Below are positions 1-13,185 of a DNA stretch of 64,000 nt, piece by piece. Source of the stretch: the human T2T-CHM13v2.0 reference genome, Homo sapiens; assembly GCF_009914755.1 (NCBI RefSeq), contig NC_060925.1; one strand, 5' to 3'. Below the pieces are notes generated by a model that was given only the letters and a program-made list of their open reading frames with translations, was not told where the DNA came from and did no database searches. Every line of letters starts with the position of its first letter. Positions within the stretch are counted from its first letter, which is position 1. The translations under genes were made by a program, and so were the position numbers.

Positions 1-434
1 AAGTTTATTATTATAAGTGTAGATAAGGCTCATTCTTATGTAGAGGTCCCAGTACCTTCCACATATATTTCTGGCACAGAAAAACAGATGGGATAGAAAT
101 TTACACAAAAATCACATCTGCCACTCTGGACAATTAAGCAAAACATGAAATTGCAACTAAAAACCACAGGGTATTTAAATAGAACAAGATTTCAAATGAA
201 GGACTCATGTTGTTGAACCAGAATGTGGTTTAACTCTACATCTTCTGAAAAGGGAGGATATTTTTTGGTCTTTCCATATATACTTTTTTTTTTTCCACAT
301 CAGTAGATGTGCCTACTTAACGAAAACAACTTTTCTCATTCAGAGAGAGGCTAAGCCAAAATATAGTACTCTTTCGAATCATATTATCTGAAGGGACATG
401 AAAAGGGAGTAAAAAAAACCTAACATTGATTTCA

Positions 435-600
435 CACCAGCCATGTGCTAGGGGCTCAGCAAAACTGCAGACAGCAAGTACAGCCGGCTTTATTTTACAG
501 TTGAGGAAACAAGCTCTGAGATGTCATCCAAGGCCTCCCAGACAATAAGTGCTAGCTTGGGACTTAAGGCTTGAATTCTAAGTCCAAGCTTGTATTCTTC
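435..600 (-). mobile_element. MIR fragment
   Basis: ttattttacagttgaggaaac core. Confidence 0.65.
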
Positions 601-1068
601 CCACACACCAGACTACCCATCCTGTTCTGAATTCCAACACAAGAAGCCCAGGACACAGAGGGGCACAGGGCCTGCAAAGCAATCCAGCCCCTCAACCTTG
701 CAGGAACCCAATCATCAAGAGGGGAGACCCTACTATTAACATTCTCTGGGTCCTCATGGAGGCTGAGCACTGCTTTATAACTTTGCTTTTGCTCCCTTAA
801 ATGTTTCGGAAATGTGACTTGGATTTATAGATTGCAACGGCTTTCCATTGTGTGAAACCCAGTGGTTCCCGATAGAATGGTTCCAGCCAGCAAGAACAGT
901 TGCCTTGTGCTGAGTGTAGCGGAAGAAGACAATAATTGACAGAGAAGCATATCATCTCTTTCTACCCAGTGTACCCAATCCACTCTGCCTCATCTCCCCA
1001 CCATGGACCTGGAATGTTGTCAACCTACTTGTGTGAGATAAGAAAACTCTCATTAAGAAATCCATTCA

Positions 1069-1352
1069 TCACGCCTGTAATCCCAGCCCTTTGGGAGGCT
1101 GAGGCAGGCAGATCACTTGAGGCCAGTAGTTCAAGCCCAGCCTGGGCGATATGGTGAAATCTGTTTCTACTAAAAATACAGAAATTAACTGGGTGTGGTG
1201 GCACACGCCTGTAATCCCCCAGCTACTCTAGAGGCTTAGGCATGAGAATTGGTTGAACCCAGGAGGCGGAGGTTGCAGTGAGCTGAGATCACACCACTGC
1301 ACTCCAGCCTGGGCAACAGGGTGAGACTCTGTCTCAAAAAGAAAAAAAAAAA
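1069..1352 (+). mobile_element. Alu (S-type), slightly 5'-truncated, tail running into a GAAG repeat
   Basis: tcacgcctgtaatcccagc...actgcactccagcctgggcaaca...gtctc + A tail. Confidence 0.97.
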
Positions 1353-4300
1353 AGAGGAAAGAAGGAAAGAAGGAAGGCAGGCCAGCCATTCAAATTGATT
1401 CGAACATCAGATTCTTTGAACTTGCACATGTGATGTGGTTTGACTCCCTTATAAATACATCGAATTTGGTGGCTTAAAGCTTTAGAGTGGATCATGAAGA
1501 ATCTCACAGGGGTCAAATGAGACTCTGGCCCCAAATTATGGATCTGTACTTGGGGTACATTTTCTTTCCTGGCCCCTACAAAGGTGAGCAGAAGACACAT
1601 TTCCTTTGGTGTCAGAAGTGGCTTCATCTTTGTGGTCCTGCAGGGTAAAGTGTGACACAAGAGAAGACTTAGGTCCAGAAGATGCTATACATAAAGTGGG
1701 GAAAGCACCTTGCCCCTAATGAAGGCCCCTGAGACATGCACTCTTTTCTGCCCTTCACATGATGAAGTCTCACTTTGACATTTATTAAATGGGCCCGGTA
1801 GAACCAGTCCTCTCCTAAGGCTGTTGTAAGGACCAGATGAGGTCTTGTGTGTGCTGTACAAATGGGAATGACACCATCATAACCAGGAAGATTGAGTTGG
1901 AGTTGGAAATCTAGGGAGCATGGCAAATGTGGACCTTGAGCCAACTTTTATTACTGTGGCACCAAATCATTTATGAATAACTTATATATAAGTGATGAAA
2001 CTCTATAGTACTAAAAGGAACTTGGTTCCAGTCACTTGCCCTCATGCCCTTACTCCATTTTGGTCTATAAAAAAAGTCAGTGCTCATGTTGATTCCCACA
2101 CTTTCTCTCTGCTTGCCTGCACCTATTCCAGTTACCTACCTTTTGACTCCCTTTTTTTAGCTTTCAGATGGTAACTGACTTGAGACCAGTACATCCCTGC
2201 ACATAAGCAGACAGTCCATGCTTATCTGAATTCCTGGTGTAAGCCCAGGGTAGTGCAAAGAGCATGGACATTGAAGAACTGCACTTGCGTAAGCTGTAAC
2301 TTTGAACTTATTTTCCTAAAAAATAGGCATCCAGGATCTACTTCTGAAGCTTGATGTGTGGGTCAGCATAGACAATGTAGGTGAGATAAAATGAAAGCTG
2401 TTGGGAAGGTATAAAATACTATCAAAATAAAGAAGTCTAAATTGATATTCAAAGGCTATCTGACTATCTCTGCCTTTTTAGAGAATGCTTGTTTTCCAGG
2501 TCCGTGTCTTAGCCCTCCCAGACCCATCTCTGCTCTTTATAGATAAAGTTGAGTGACTTTCCCAAGATTACAAAGATCAAGAGTGGCAGACCAAGGACAT
2601 CTCTCACTTGAAAACTAGGGCTCTTTTCACTGTAGCCAGCTCTTTGTTGGGAAATCTTCATAATCAGTGTCACCTTCTGTGCTCCAACTCCTCAGCCTCA
2701 CGCTTGGGTGAACACTTCCTTCCCTTCTTGACCATTGCAGGCTAGTGCCATTCTCTTCTTCAGTTTTCATTGCTGGGATGTCTTGCAGCATGATGCCTTA
2801 GCTGTTCTGTATCTATGGGGGTCCATCATTTTCCCCTTAAGGATCTTCTCCTATAGGGTGCAATTATGCAGTTATCTTACTGGCTCATCTCTATTTTCTG
2901 CTATAACTTTTGAAGTGCATCACCGTCTCTAACTGTTTGTACTGGCGGCTCAGAGAATTTCCTTGAGCAAAGTGCATTTCTGAAGCCAAGTCCCAGCACT
3001 GCCATGTCTTTTGATGCCCTTGGTCTCCTTTCTCAGATGTGAGTAAAAATATTGGTGTTAATTACATAGGCTTGAGATACATGCAAAGAAGAGGGTGAAG
3101 ACAGCCGTGACCTCTGAAAGAGAGGCATAGGTCAGTAAAAGATGCATTCATTCCAAAGACTGCTGCTTGTCCTGTGTTGGGCCAATCCTTTTCAGCAAGG
3201 TAATTTAAATTTAAAGTCAGCATTCTCCTGATTCTGTTTCCTAAAGGTTCCAGCTTTCATAGGATGGGTACACTTCACTCCCAGGCCTCCTGGGAGGCCT
3301 CCTCTACCCTTCCTCTACCGTTTTCTTGCTTCTCCCTAAAAACCTTGAAGATATGGAATACTTCCTGCCTACATCTTCAACTCAGAGACCGCCAGGGGAT
3401 TTCAGTGTTTATTGCTTTTTTCTCTGGGTTTGGAACAGTTCCGACCAGGTACTATTTGAAAAATGTAGAAGTATTTTTTTGCTTATTATCAAAAGGAGAA
3501 TGTAGTTTTCTTGCAACAAAATGAGAACTTGATATCTTTCTTGCCTCGAGGGTGTGTGTTGGGAGACGGGGGTGGTGTTCAGCCTTCTCTTCCTCCACCT
3601 CTGTATCCTGGTAGCCAGAATTGAAGTTCCAAGCCACACCAAGGAGGGTGGCTGCCTTTCATGAAAGGCAGACATGTAGTAATTACCTTTTTGCCTATCT
3701 GCCGCCGTCCCCTTGTGCTGAGGGGGTTCCCTTGCCGCTCTGTCTGTTGTCTGCACACTGCATTTGTTTGTCTGGAATGCAGAACTCCTTGCACTTGACA
3801 ATCACTACAGTCTTTCTGCTTTTTCTCTTAAACAGCTTTTTTAAAGCACCCAGAGACCCTTAAAAAAAAAAAAAGAATGCAAATAGAAATTGCGCTGGAA
3901 GCTGAACTGAACATTGTTGCGAGTCATGAGATCCCAGCCACACTGGGACAAACTATTTTTTATTTTGGGTAATATTTTTTCTTTGGCATTTATTACACCT
4001 CTGTTAAACACAGCTCATGTGACACAGTGTTACTCATAGGCAATCAGAAAAAAGCTGAAAGTTGAGCCATTAGTAGGGCAGGGCAACTTATTGTTAATAG
4101 CAGCCATTAAAGCTGAAAGGAAAAATTACCCATCTGCCCCCGCCAGACCTGTCTGTCTGAGATCGAGATTGGGCCTCCAGGCCGGAAGGGGGGCTGGGCA
4201 AACATGAGGGAAGGAGAATGGAATGTAGAAACCGAGATCTTTGTAAGGGAAGATAGAGCTGAATTCAAGTGTGGGCCCTACCCCAAGAATAGGGGGGAAA

Positions 4301-5516
4301 AAAATCCTGCCCCAAGAATTCCAGCTGTCCTTTGTCTGATCATCCTTTCTCAGGAAAGCACCTGATAGCTTTTATCCAAAGATCTGCTGCAAAATCCATT
4401 TTAGCTACAGACAGGAAATGCAAAAGAAAGATTCCTGTAGCAACAACACCTTGTAATTATGAAATACTTTCCATCACAGTGCATAACATATAGCAGATTT
4501 ACTACACCAAAATTCTTTGCCGTTAGATCTTGGGGTACAGCAGTGAAATTTTCTCTATCTTTAAAAGAACATGTGGTTTAAACCCCTTTCAGGCATTTTA
4601 AATCCTAGCCAAAGGTGCAACACCGTTTACCGACTCTGACAAGCCACTCTAAAAGTGTGCTTGTTTGATGGGGCCATATCAGATATCACATAGGAAAATA
4701 AATTTGAGAGGGCTTTGCCACGAGTATGTTTATAAAACTCACAACTGGTCTGGAAAAAGAAAGGCAAGTGGCCCATTTTACAGATGGTGCTAACACACTC
4801 CAGTGCAGAGAGTGACTGTTGTCACCAGGATCACATATCAATTTGGAAAATTGTAATAGAAACCAGACTTGTGGCTTGGAGTATAGCCCCTGAAAGGGAC
4901 TAGGACAGCCCACTCCCCTGCCCTGTCCTCCTTACACCTTAAAAGGGACAGTGATTGGGGACTATTGCTGCCCCGCGTGCTTTTTCAGGCAGAGATATCA
5001 GAATGAGGTCTGAAAGGATAGTTGGGTGGCCCCAGAGAAGACCTCCACGGCTGGCTAAGAGTCTGAGCATTGCTGGCAGTACTTAGCATTTAGGCTACCC
5101 TGAGTGCATGCCTGGCTCATGATAAGTGGTTAGGCCTGTCAGAGGCGGGAGGTGCCTGCTGACTCAGACCCAGAGAGGTGACTCCTACTCTTGAGTGTCT
5201 GATTTCTCAGATATGACCATATCCAGTTCTGGGCTCCAGCCCTGACCTGTTCCTTGGCTATCAGAACTATCATAAGGCCAGATCAGCTTAACTCATCTCC
5301 AAGGTAATTCTTGGTAGATTTTGGTTCCTTCTTGCATTTTGTGGCTTTGTCCCACTAAGAGCAGTTGTTCTCAGCCCTCTGTACTGGTGGCACAATTTTG
5401 AATACTGTAATTATTTTGGTTGCATTTTGGAATGAATTTAAAGTTCTCGCAAAGGATCTTCAGCTCCATGTCACTCATCAGAGCTCTTTTCTATTTTCCA
5501 GCTCTTGCATATAGGT

Positions 5517-5517
<1 letters not shown>

Positions 5518-5562
<45 letters not shown>
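5518..5562 (+). repeat. (CA)20 microsatellite
   Basis: Read directly from the sequence. Confidence 0.99.
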
Positions 5563-5566
<4 letters not shown>

Positions 5567-8500
5567 TTTTCTTGATATGCTGTCTCTTGCCTTCCACTGT
5601 CAGATCGTAACCTGATAGACTGAATTGAGTGACCCACTCACACTCAGCTCAGCATTCCTATTTCAAACACTGCTGACACACGGTATATCTTCATGTGTAC
5701 CAGCAATCAGACTGTAGTCAATTAAATTGTTTTGAAAATTAGGTTTATGCACTTATCAGTTGTTTGAGAGTCTGGCAGTTTTGGCCTTAAGAGTTCCCTG
5801 TCAAAGACTATGGCGTGAAAGATCACTGCTTTCAGGCTTCTATGCTGTGATTAAATGTGGAGAGTGGTTTTGGGGACATGTGTCTTAAGGGATAAGCTAG
5901 TGAGGAATAGGTTGGGACTGGTAGGACGAGCGGCCTGTGGCACATTTCAGAGCCCTCAACCGTACCCCACACTGCATGGGCCATGACTCTCTCTTCACCC
6001 ATGGATCATCTCTAGAGGGGATTCATGATGTCACCTGGAGTCTCTGCTCTCTCCAAGTGTACTGGAAAGGATTGGGTGTTGGGAAGGCATTGGAAAGCTG
6101 GTATTAGAAGAGTTAGCTGGGGAGAGATTTGACTGAAGAGAAGGAAGCGTGTTTGCAGTGTTAACGCAGTGGATCTGCCTCAAGAGGCCCAGAACTTAAG
6201 AAAGCCAGGAAGCTATTTTTCTACGACTCCCCATGTTAGTGAAGGCAATTTTTTAACGTGATATCCACTTTGAATTCTTTGATCTTTAAGAAATATGAAT
6301 AAGAGAAAAGGATAGATGGCAAGATAGATGAGGAACTTCAGAGGGGGCTAAGATTACTTTAAGGGAAAGCTAATGAGTTGTTGAATTGTTTTACATAGTG
6401 GGGTGCTATGAATAGGATGTTAAGGAAAGTTCTTCACAAATAAATGACAGAATAAGAAAAAAATAAACCTAACATAAGACAATTTTCTTTTTCAGCAAGG
6501 CACAGGGTTCTTTGGGAAGCTTCAAAAAATTCAAAAGTCATAGTGCCTTTTTTCATGGAATTCACTAAGTAGAGACTTTTTTGTAGGCATATCATTAAAT
6601 GCTGGACTCTCAAGTTTTCGAAATGAGAAGTCTCCATCTGGGAGGTATAAAAGGAAACCCCCATCTGGTTGGTTTTAGCATCTTCAAGGTGAGGATACAA
6701 TTCTTAAAATTGTCTACCTATTTCTGAGTCCTGGTTCAAATTCCTTTGTGATGTCTATGTCAGCTGGGACCCTGTAGGCCCCACTGAGTTGCACATCACC
6801 AAGTGTGCCCATCACTGTGGTTAGAGGCCATGGGCTGTGTACTACAGACAATGCTGTAATTGCTTCTGTGACCAAGTGAGGGCGGAGTTTGCCCTTTATG
6901 TGATGTAGGCAATATTCTATTTTTAATAAGCCAGAAAAATCTGTTCAAATCCAGTAACTTCAAGATTTTCCAAAGACTGGAAGATGTGGAGGACGTGGGC
7001 ATCAGCTGGAATCTGATTTCTCTCCCCTCCACACTTGCTCTTCCCCATTTCTCAACTGCTGTCTCCCAGTGTAATTACCATCTCAAGCATTTTCTGTTCG
7101 TCCCCTGTAGGTACACCACATCGTGCCAACAACCCATGGCCCAGCAGGAATATACAGTAGCCTTTGCCAGGGTCCACCAGGGCTTGATTACACTTCACGG
7201 CTGTAATTCAAGCCTGCTAATCCTCCTCTGCGTTCGGAAAAGAGGCCTGTTCTGTTAGATAAGCTGATTACTGTCTGGTGTGTGCTTCATGCCTAGCAAG
7301 AGTTGTTTATATGTGGAATTATTGCTGGCTGGGCTCTGTGCTTCGCTACACCGAGGAAGCTCGCTTAGGGGTCAGGGGTGTCAGGCTTCACCTCTGATCT
7401 GGGAGGGGTGAGAAGTGGAGTGTTGATTACAGCTGTTTTTCTCTCAACCTCTGTGCTGGTGGCTAAATATTTACTTTTCTCTGTTAACGGAAGGAGCCAG
7501 ATAAGATTTTAAGAGTCTGAGACTTTTGCCCCTAGGACCCACTGTCAAAGATCATAGAGTGAAAGATCACTGCCCCAGACTTGCCACATTCTGATTAGGT
7601 TTGCAAGGCGATCTTAGTGGTCTTTTTGTCTTTAGGGCTACGTTAGGGAGGACTATGGCGGGACAAGTTGAGTGTGTGGTGAAATCAACAGCCACAGATT
7701 GAAGAGTGCCCGACCACAGGGAAAGGATGCCCGCAGAGACCATGTGAATGCTTTCTCACACTCAAAGATGTTTTCTTCAAAGCCACAGAAGCCTTGAAAC
7801 CACCTTTGCCTCTGCCTACCAGCCCATCTCTGGTCTGGTGTGGAGCTTGTGGCTTGGGTGCAGTCTACGAAGCCCTTGCTCTTCATGGAGGAGGAAGTGC
7901 ATTTTGTTATAACCGTCTGCCCAGTGATGTTGGCGTGATTTATGCTGGCTGCACTCTCAGGATTCCCATCCCTTTTGCGGGGTATTTTGTCCCCAGATGC
8001 AGAGCTGAGGTTCTGCTTAATACTGGCTTTTAAGTGTTTAAGCCCTACAAATGGCTATTCGGTTTAATGGTGTAAGGATGGGGTGAGTGCTGAAACAAGT
8101 ACAGGTAAACACAAGCACCTGGCCCTTGTCACCTGCTGCATGGGCATACATTGGGGTCTGTTTGTATATTTGAATATGTGGCAGTCTACACTGGAGTAAG
8201 GAAATAAGGATGAATGTCAAAAGGCTTAATTGTGATGATATCACAATTGAGGCCATTTGTTGAGTAAACTTCCTCCACATCTCTGTATACTAATAATCGG
8301 TTTGTCAGCTTTTCTCTATGACACTATCATTTCCTTTAGGGCAGGCACTTTGTCTTTCATTTCTGTGACCGTTACCTGTCTGGCCCATAGTAACCAATCA
8401 AGGAATGGGTCTTTGATTTAGTGTATGAATAATTAATAGATTTCAGTGAAGAGGCAGCCTATCCTAGATTGAATGCGCGGTATAAATTGTTAGGTATTTA

Positions 8501-9188
8501 TCATAGCTCATTGTACGTGGGTTCCTTCCCAGGTACCTTTCTTGCCTTTCTTTCTAGGAAGCAGAGAATCCGCATCCCCAGAAACATGGGTGTTCCTTAG
8601 GTGTAAAGGGCATGGCCAGCTAAAGGCAGAACAGAAAAGCTGCTCTGGAAGGGGTACTGGGCGGCTGTGGCATGTGATTTAGAAGGAAGGGGTGCTGTGC
8701 TATGTCCTCACTGCTGAGACATCTGGGCCACATAATACCTCTTGATCCACAAATATCTTGAGTGTTATCTCCCTCTTTTCTTTTGCCATTCCCACCCCTC
8801 TTTTTCCTTTTTGAGTCCTCTTTGTTTTTCATCTAAAGTGTTCTCTTCCCTTTGCCTTTTCTAGGGAAATACTTGTCCCTTAAAGATCAGCATATTCTCC
8901 AAATGGATGAATTGTGCCCCAAGGGGGATTTCTTTTCCTAGTGACTTTAATTTCTAGTCTTAGAACATATCCAAAAGGAAACACAGAAGTGCAAAGTTTT
9001 AAGCCTAACTTGAGCAATAAAAGATTTCTTTTCTGTGCAATGATTAACTTTCCCTTCTTTAATTTCAAGAGGTTAATGAATCTGTGAGCTTAGTATACTT
9101 GTCATTGTACATATGGCTTGTCATTGTATGTATGGCTGGGCTAAAATTTAATATTGAATCTCTGCAGTAAATCTTGTGGTTTTACATT

Positions 9189-9228
9189 TGTGTGTGTGTA
9201 TGTGTGTGTGTGTGTGTGTGTGTGGTGG

Positions 9229-9270
<42 letters not shown>
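9189..9270 (+). repeat. Compound (TG)n-(GA)n microsatellite
   Basis: TG repeat at 9189-9224, GA repeat at 9232-9270. Confidence 0.99.
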
Positions 9271-9273
<3 letters not shown>

Positions 9274-9444
9274 GTGTGGGGGGGCGGGGGGCTGCCATCC
9301 AGAAGATGGAGGTACAAGTAATGGAAGCTTTTTTTCTTCTCCCTACATATGAACTGAATAAATGCTTGGCCGTCAACAGAATAATAGTTTCGGAAAACCA
9401 CACCTTGAAATTCACCTTAGCATCTTTGAAATAATCTCAGGAGG

Positions 9445-9797
<353 letters not shown>

Positions 9798-10642
9798 CTA
9801 AACTCTGAGCATTTTCTCACAGGATGTAATCACTGACTATGGTATTTCAAAAGTCTAGGGTCCTGCCACTGTCACAGGACTACAGTAGTAGCAAACAAAG
9901 GAGGGCGGAATTAAGAAAATCTCTGCTTTTTATTCTGTTCATAATTATTTACATCCCTGTCACTTAAAGGCTGGATAACTACCTGTCTGATCTCCAACCT
10001 GTTGTTGCCATCCTGTCCTCAGTTTTGCAATCAGCAGCATTGTTTGAATGTTTACCTAAAGCAGAAATCTCTTAGTCTATACCAACGTCAGTTCCCTGGG
10101 ATTCCCTCTAGAAGAGGAAAGAGAACTATGTGAACATAATTCACATTGGTTTGCAGAATCTTAAAATTAGCTAGTTTACTTTAGGCTGAAATGACTCCAT
10201 AACCTTCTGGTTTTTTGCAGGAAAAAGAAGTATACATTATATATACCTTTGACAACCTTGATACAAGTGTTAGATGCTTCTTTCATTGGAAACCTTCAAA
10301 ATGCCTTTCCTCTCAGTTTTTCTGAGCCCACCTGTTATTTTGGTTACATATGAAGGTAGGGAGGTGGCCCCATAATTCTGGTTGGCAAATTGGGAACAGA
10401 GCCTGGAACTGGAGGATATCTCCTGCTGGGTGATGCTGAACATTAAGACCAAGGTCTTACAACAGCAACTCAGTGCTATTCATTACCAAACAGATCAAAA
10501 ACTGGGTAACTTTTGTTTCACTTCCATATCTCCTGTCCCAAAAAGTGAAGTCAAATTCAGCATTAAAAAAAAGTGTTTGCACAACTGTAATTTTTGATGG
10601 TGTGGTGTAGAAACAAATACCATGTCTGTTTGGTTTGCTTTA

Positions 10643-10974
<332 letters not shown>

Positions 10975-11169
10975 CTACATGTGTGTCGTTAGTAGTTTTT
11001 CTTGGTTTAGGCTAGTTCAGGAAAACAGAAATGAAATTCTGCAAAAGGCAGCATGAAAGTCCACATTGGCCTTCATCCCGTGAAACTCTGCCAGCTGCTA
11101 CTTGGGGTTCAACCCTATTCTTTCTTCAGGGCACCGCCTTTGCTTGCTATCAACCTTGCTACAATTGGA

Positions 11170-11330
11170 GGCAGCTGTGAGGTAGGGAGAACACCCTGAG
11201 TGAAGTCAACTGCAGAACTAAGTATGTGCCCTTGGGCCACTTTGACTCCCAGTACCTCAGTTTCCTCATCTGACTAAAAAAGGGTTAATAATACCCCATA
11301 ACGTTCATGTGAGAATAAAAGCAAAGGAGA
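11170..11330 (+). mobile_element. MIR fragment
   Basis: tgtg.ccttggg...cctcagtttcctcatctg...aataatacc. Confidence 0.7.
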
Positions 11331-11333
11331 TAA

Positions 11334-11416
11334 TTTTTTTTTTTTTTTTTTTGAGACGGAGTCTCACTCTGTCCCCCAGGCTGGAGTGCAGTGGCGCTAT
11401 CTCGGCTCACTGCAAG
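11334..11416 (-). mobile_element. Severely 5'-truncated AluY-like element
   Basis: T19 tail + 64 nt of Alu 3' end ending ctgcaag; TSD caaaggag(a/g)taatttt. Confidence 0.93.
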
Positions 11417-13159
11417 TCAAAGGAGGTAATTTTTGACAATGGATTTGTAAGGTTTAATTTCCATGAAAGAAAATATGGCGTATTTAGTTCTTCTCTACCA
11501 CATTGTCCACATACCTGTTCTAGCAATTTCACTTTGTATATTAGCTCTTTCCCCCATGATTCTGCACACTTGTCTTATTTCTGGTCAAGTTTCCCCAGCT
11601 GAAATATAGGTTCTGTCAAAGAGTAGATCCTCAGTATATTATGTTGAATGAACAACTGACCGAGAGACCAACTGGGGTCCTTGTTGGAGTAGCAATGTTG
11701 GCAAAATTGTGCAGCCCAGTCACACTTTGTGCGGGTTGAGAGATTTTTATTTTAACTGAGCTGTAAGGCTGTCACTGAACATAAGTGGACATGACCAGTC
11801 TGGCAGAGTCAAACAGAGTGCTGCTAGAAAGCAGGCAGCACCGAAAGAGAAAAGCAAATTTGGCTTCTAAGATGACCATATGTCTGTTACCCCAGAAAGC
11901 ATGAGCCCCTGCAAAGTTCTCTGCTGAAGTGGGGAGAGTTGGAGCCTCCTGTCTGTTCTGCAAAGGATTTGCAGGGTGCTTAGCATGCTGGCCCCAGTGT
12001 CCTCATGGAAATACGGATGGCTTGCTAGGGGCTGTCCCATACAACCAGAGTGGGGTTCAATGAAGTGCCATCAACAAGGTGCCTACGAAGGGCCATGCTA
12101 ATGTCTGGCCAGTGAAACAGGGGAACTTCCAGAGCAGATATCACATGGGTTGGAGAGATGTTGCTTTACACAGTGAGCAGGAAAGCCAGACACCTCTTCA
12201 GAGAAATACAGTAAGAACCACAGTAAATAAGGCCCAGCCTCAGGGAGGCAGATATTTAAAGGAAAATTAAGACGGCTCCTCATCTATCTCTCTGTCACCC
12301 GTTGATGCATTTAGCCAGCATCTTGTGGTGCTAAATGCTTTTTGATGATGATGGTTCATGATGACCACTGTATCTCCCCACAGGGGTGGGCGCCTCCGAT
12401 GTGAGAGTTCTTAGTGGGGGGCTCCATCTCCAGTGCACAGAAAGAAGGAATGGTCCAGAGACCCCCTGCTCTCCCCAAATTCCCGATTTTACCAGCATGT
12501 AAAAGCAAGTGGAGGCAACAACCACCACAAAAAAGCCCGTCTGAAAATCAGAGCCTAATCACTCCCATCTGCTCCAGTGCTGCTTCCTCTCGCTGCCTGC
12601 CAGGATGTTTGCCGCAGATGCTAAGTAGCACATTATTTTCGATAAGTTGCAATCATTTACTTGAAATCTACTTCTCCTTTAAAATGTCCCCCTGGAAACT
12701 TGAATCGGCAGTCGAGAAGCCTTGTTCAGGATGGAATTTGAATGCTCGCACTCAAGTTCAAGAAAAGTTAAACCCATTTGACCTCCAGGTGTTGATGAAT
12801 TGTAAATTTCAGCCCCTTAGACTCTGTTGAGAAGAGAGGAAGAGGCACCAGGGAAGACGTCTGGGAGAACAGAGCCATTCCTTAGGCCTCATTTCCCCAA
12901 GGGAAGGCACAGTGCTGAGATGAGAGACAGGAAATGATGGCTCCATGGAATCGTCCCCAAAGCAGAAATGTCACACATCCCCGAAGACATTAAGTCAGTA
13001 GCTTTCTTGGTCCCCATGAGATGTTATCTCTTTTATCCAGAGACTGGTCTAGTGAAGATTAAAGGCATAATTTGCAATCTGGAGCTCATAATCTCAGTCG
13101 CCCTTACCCCATTCCACTGTCACAACTAGGATTTCTTATTTACTGCCTCTTGTCCAGGA

Positions 13160-13185
13160 CACCGTTAGTATCACCGTTAGTATCA
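13160..13185 (+). repeat. Perfect 12-bp tandem duplication
   Basis: caccgttagtat x2, followed by ca. Confidence 0.95.

Noticed and set aside
9141-9434. ORFs with CVCV/ERER/HTHT runs (also 18673-19189)
   Set aside because: Translations of dinucleotide microsatellites
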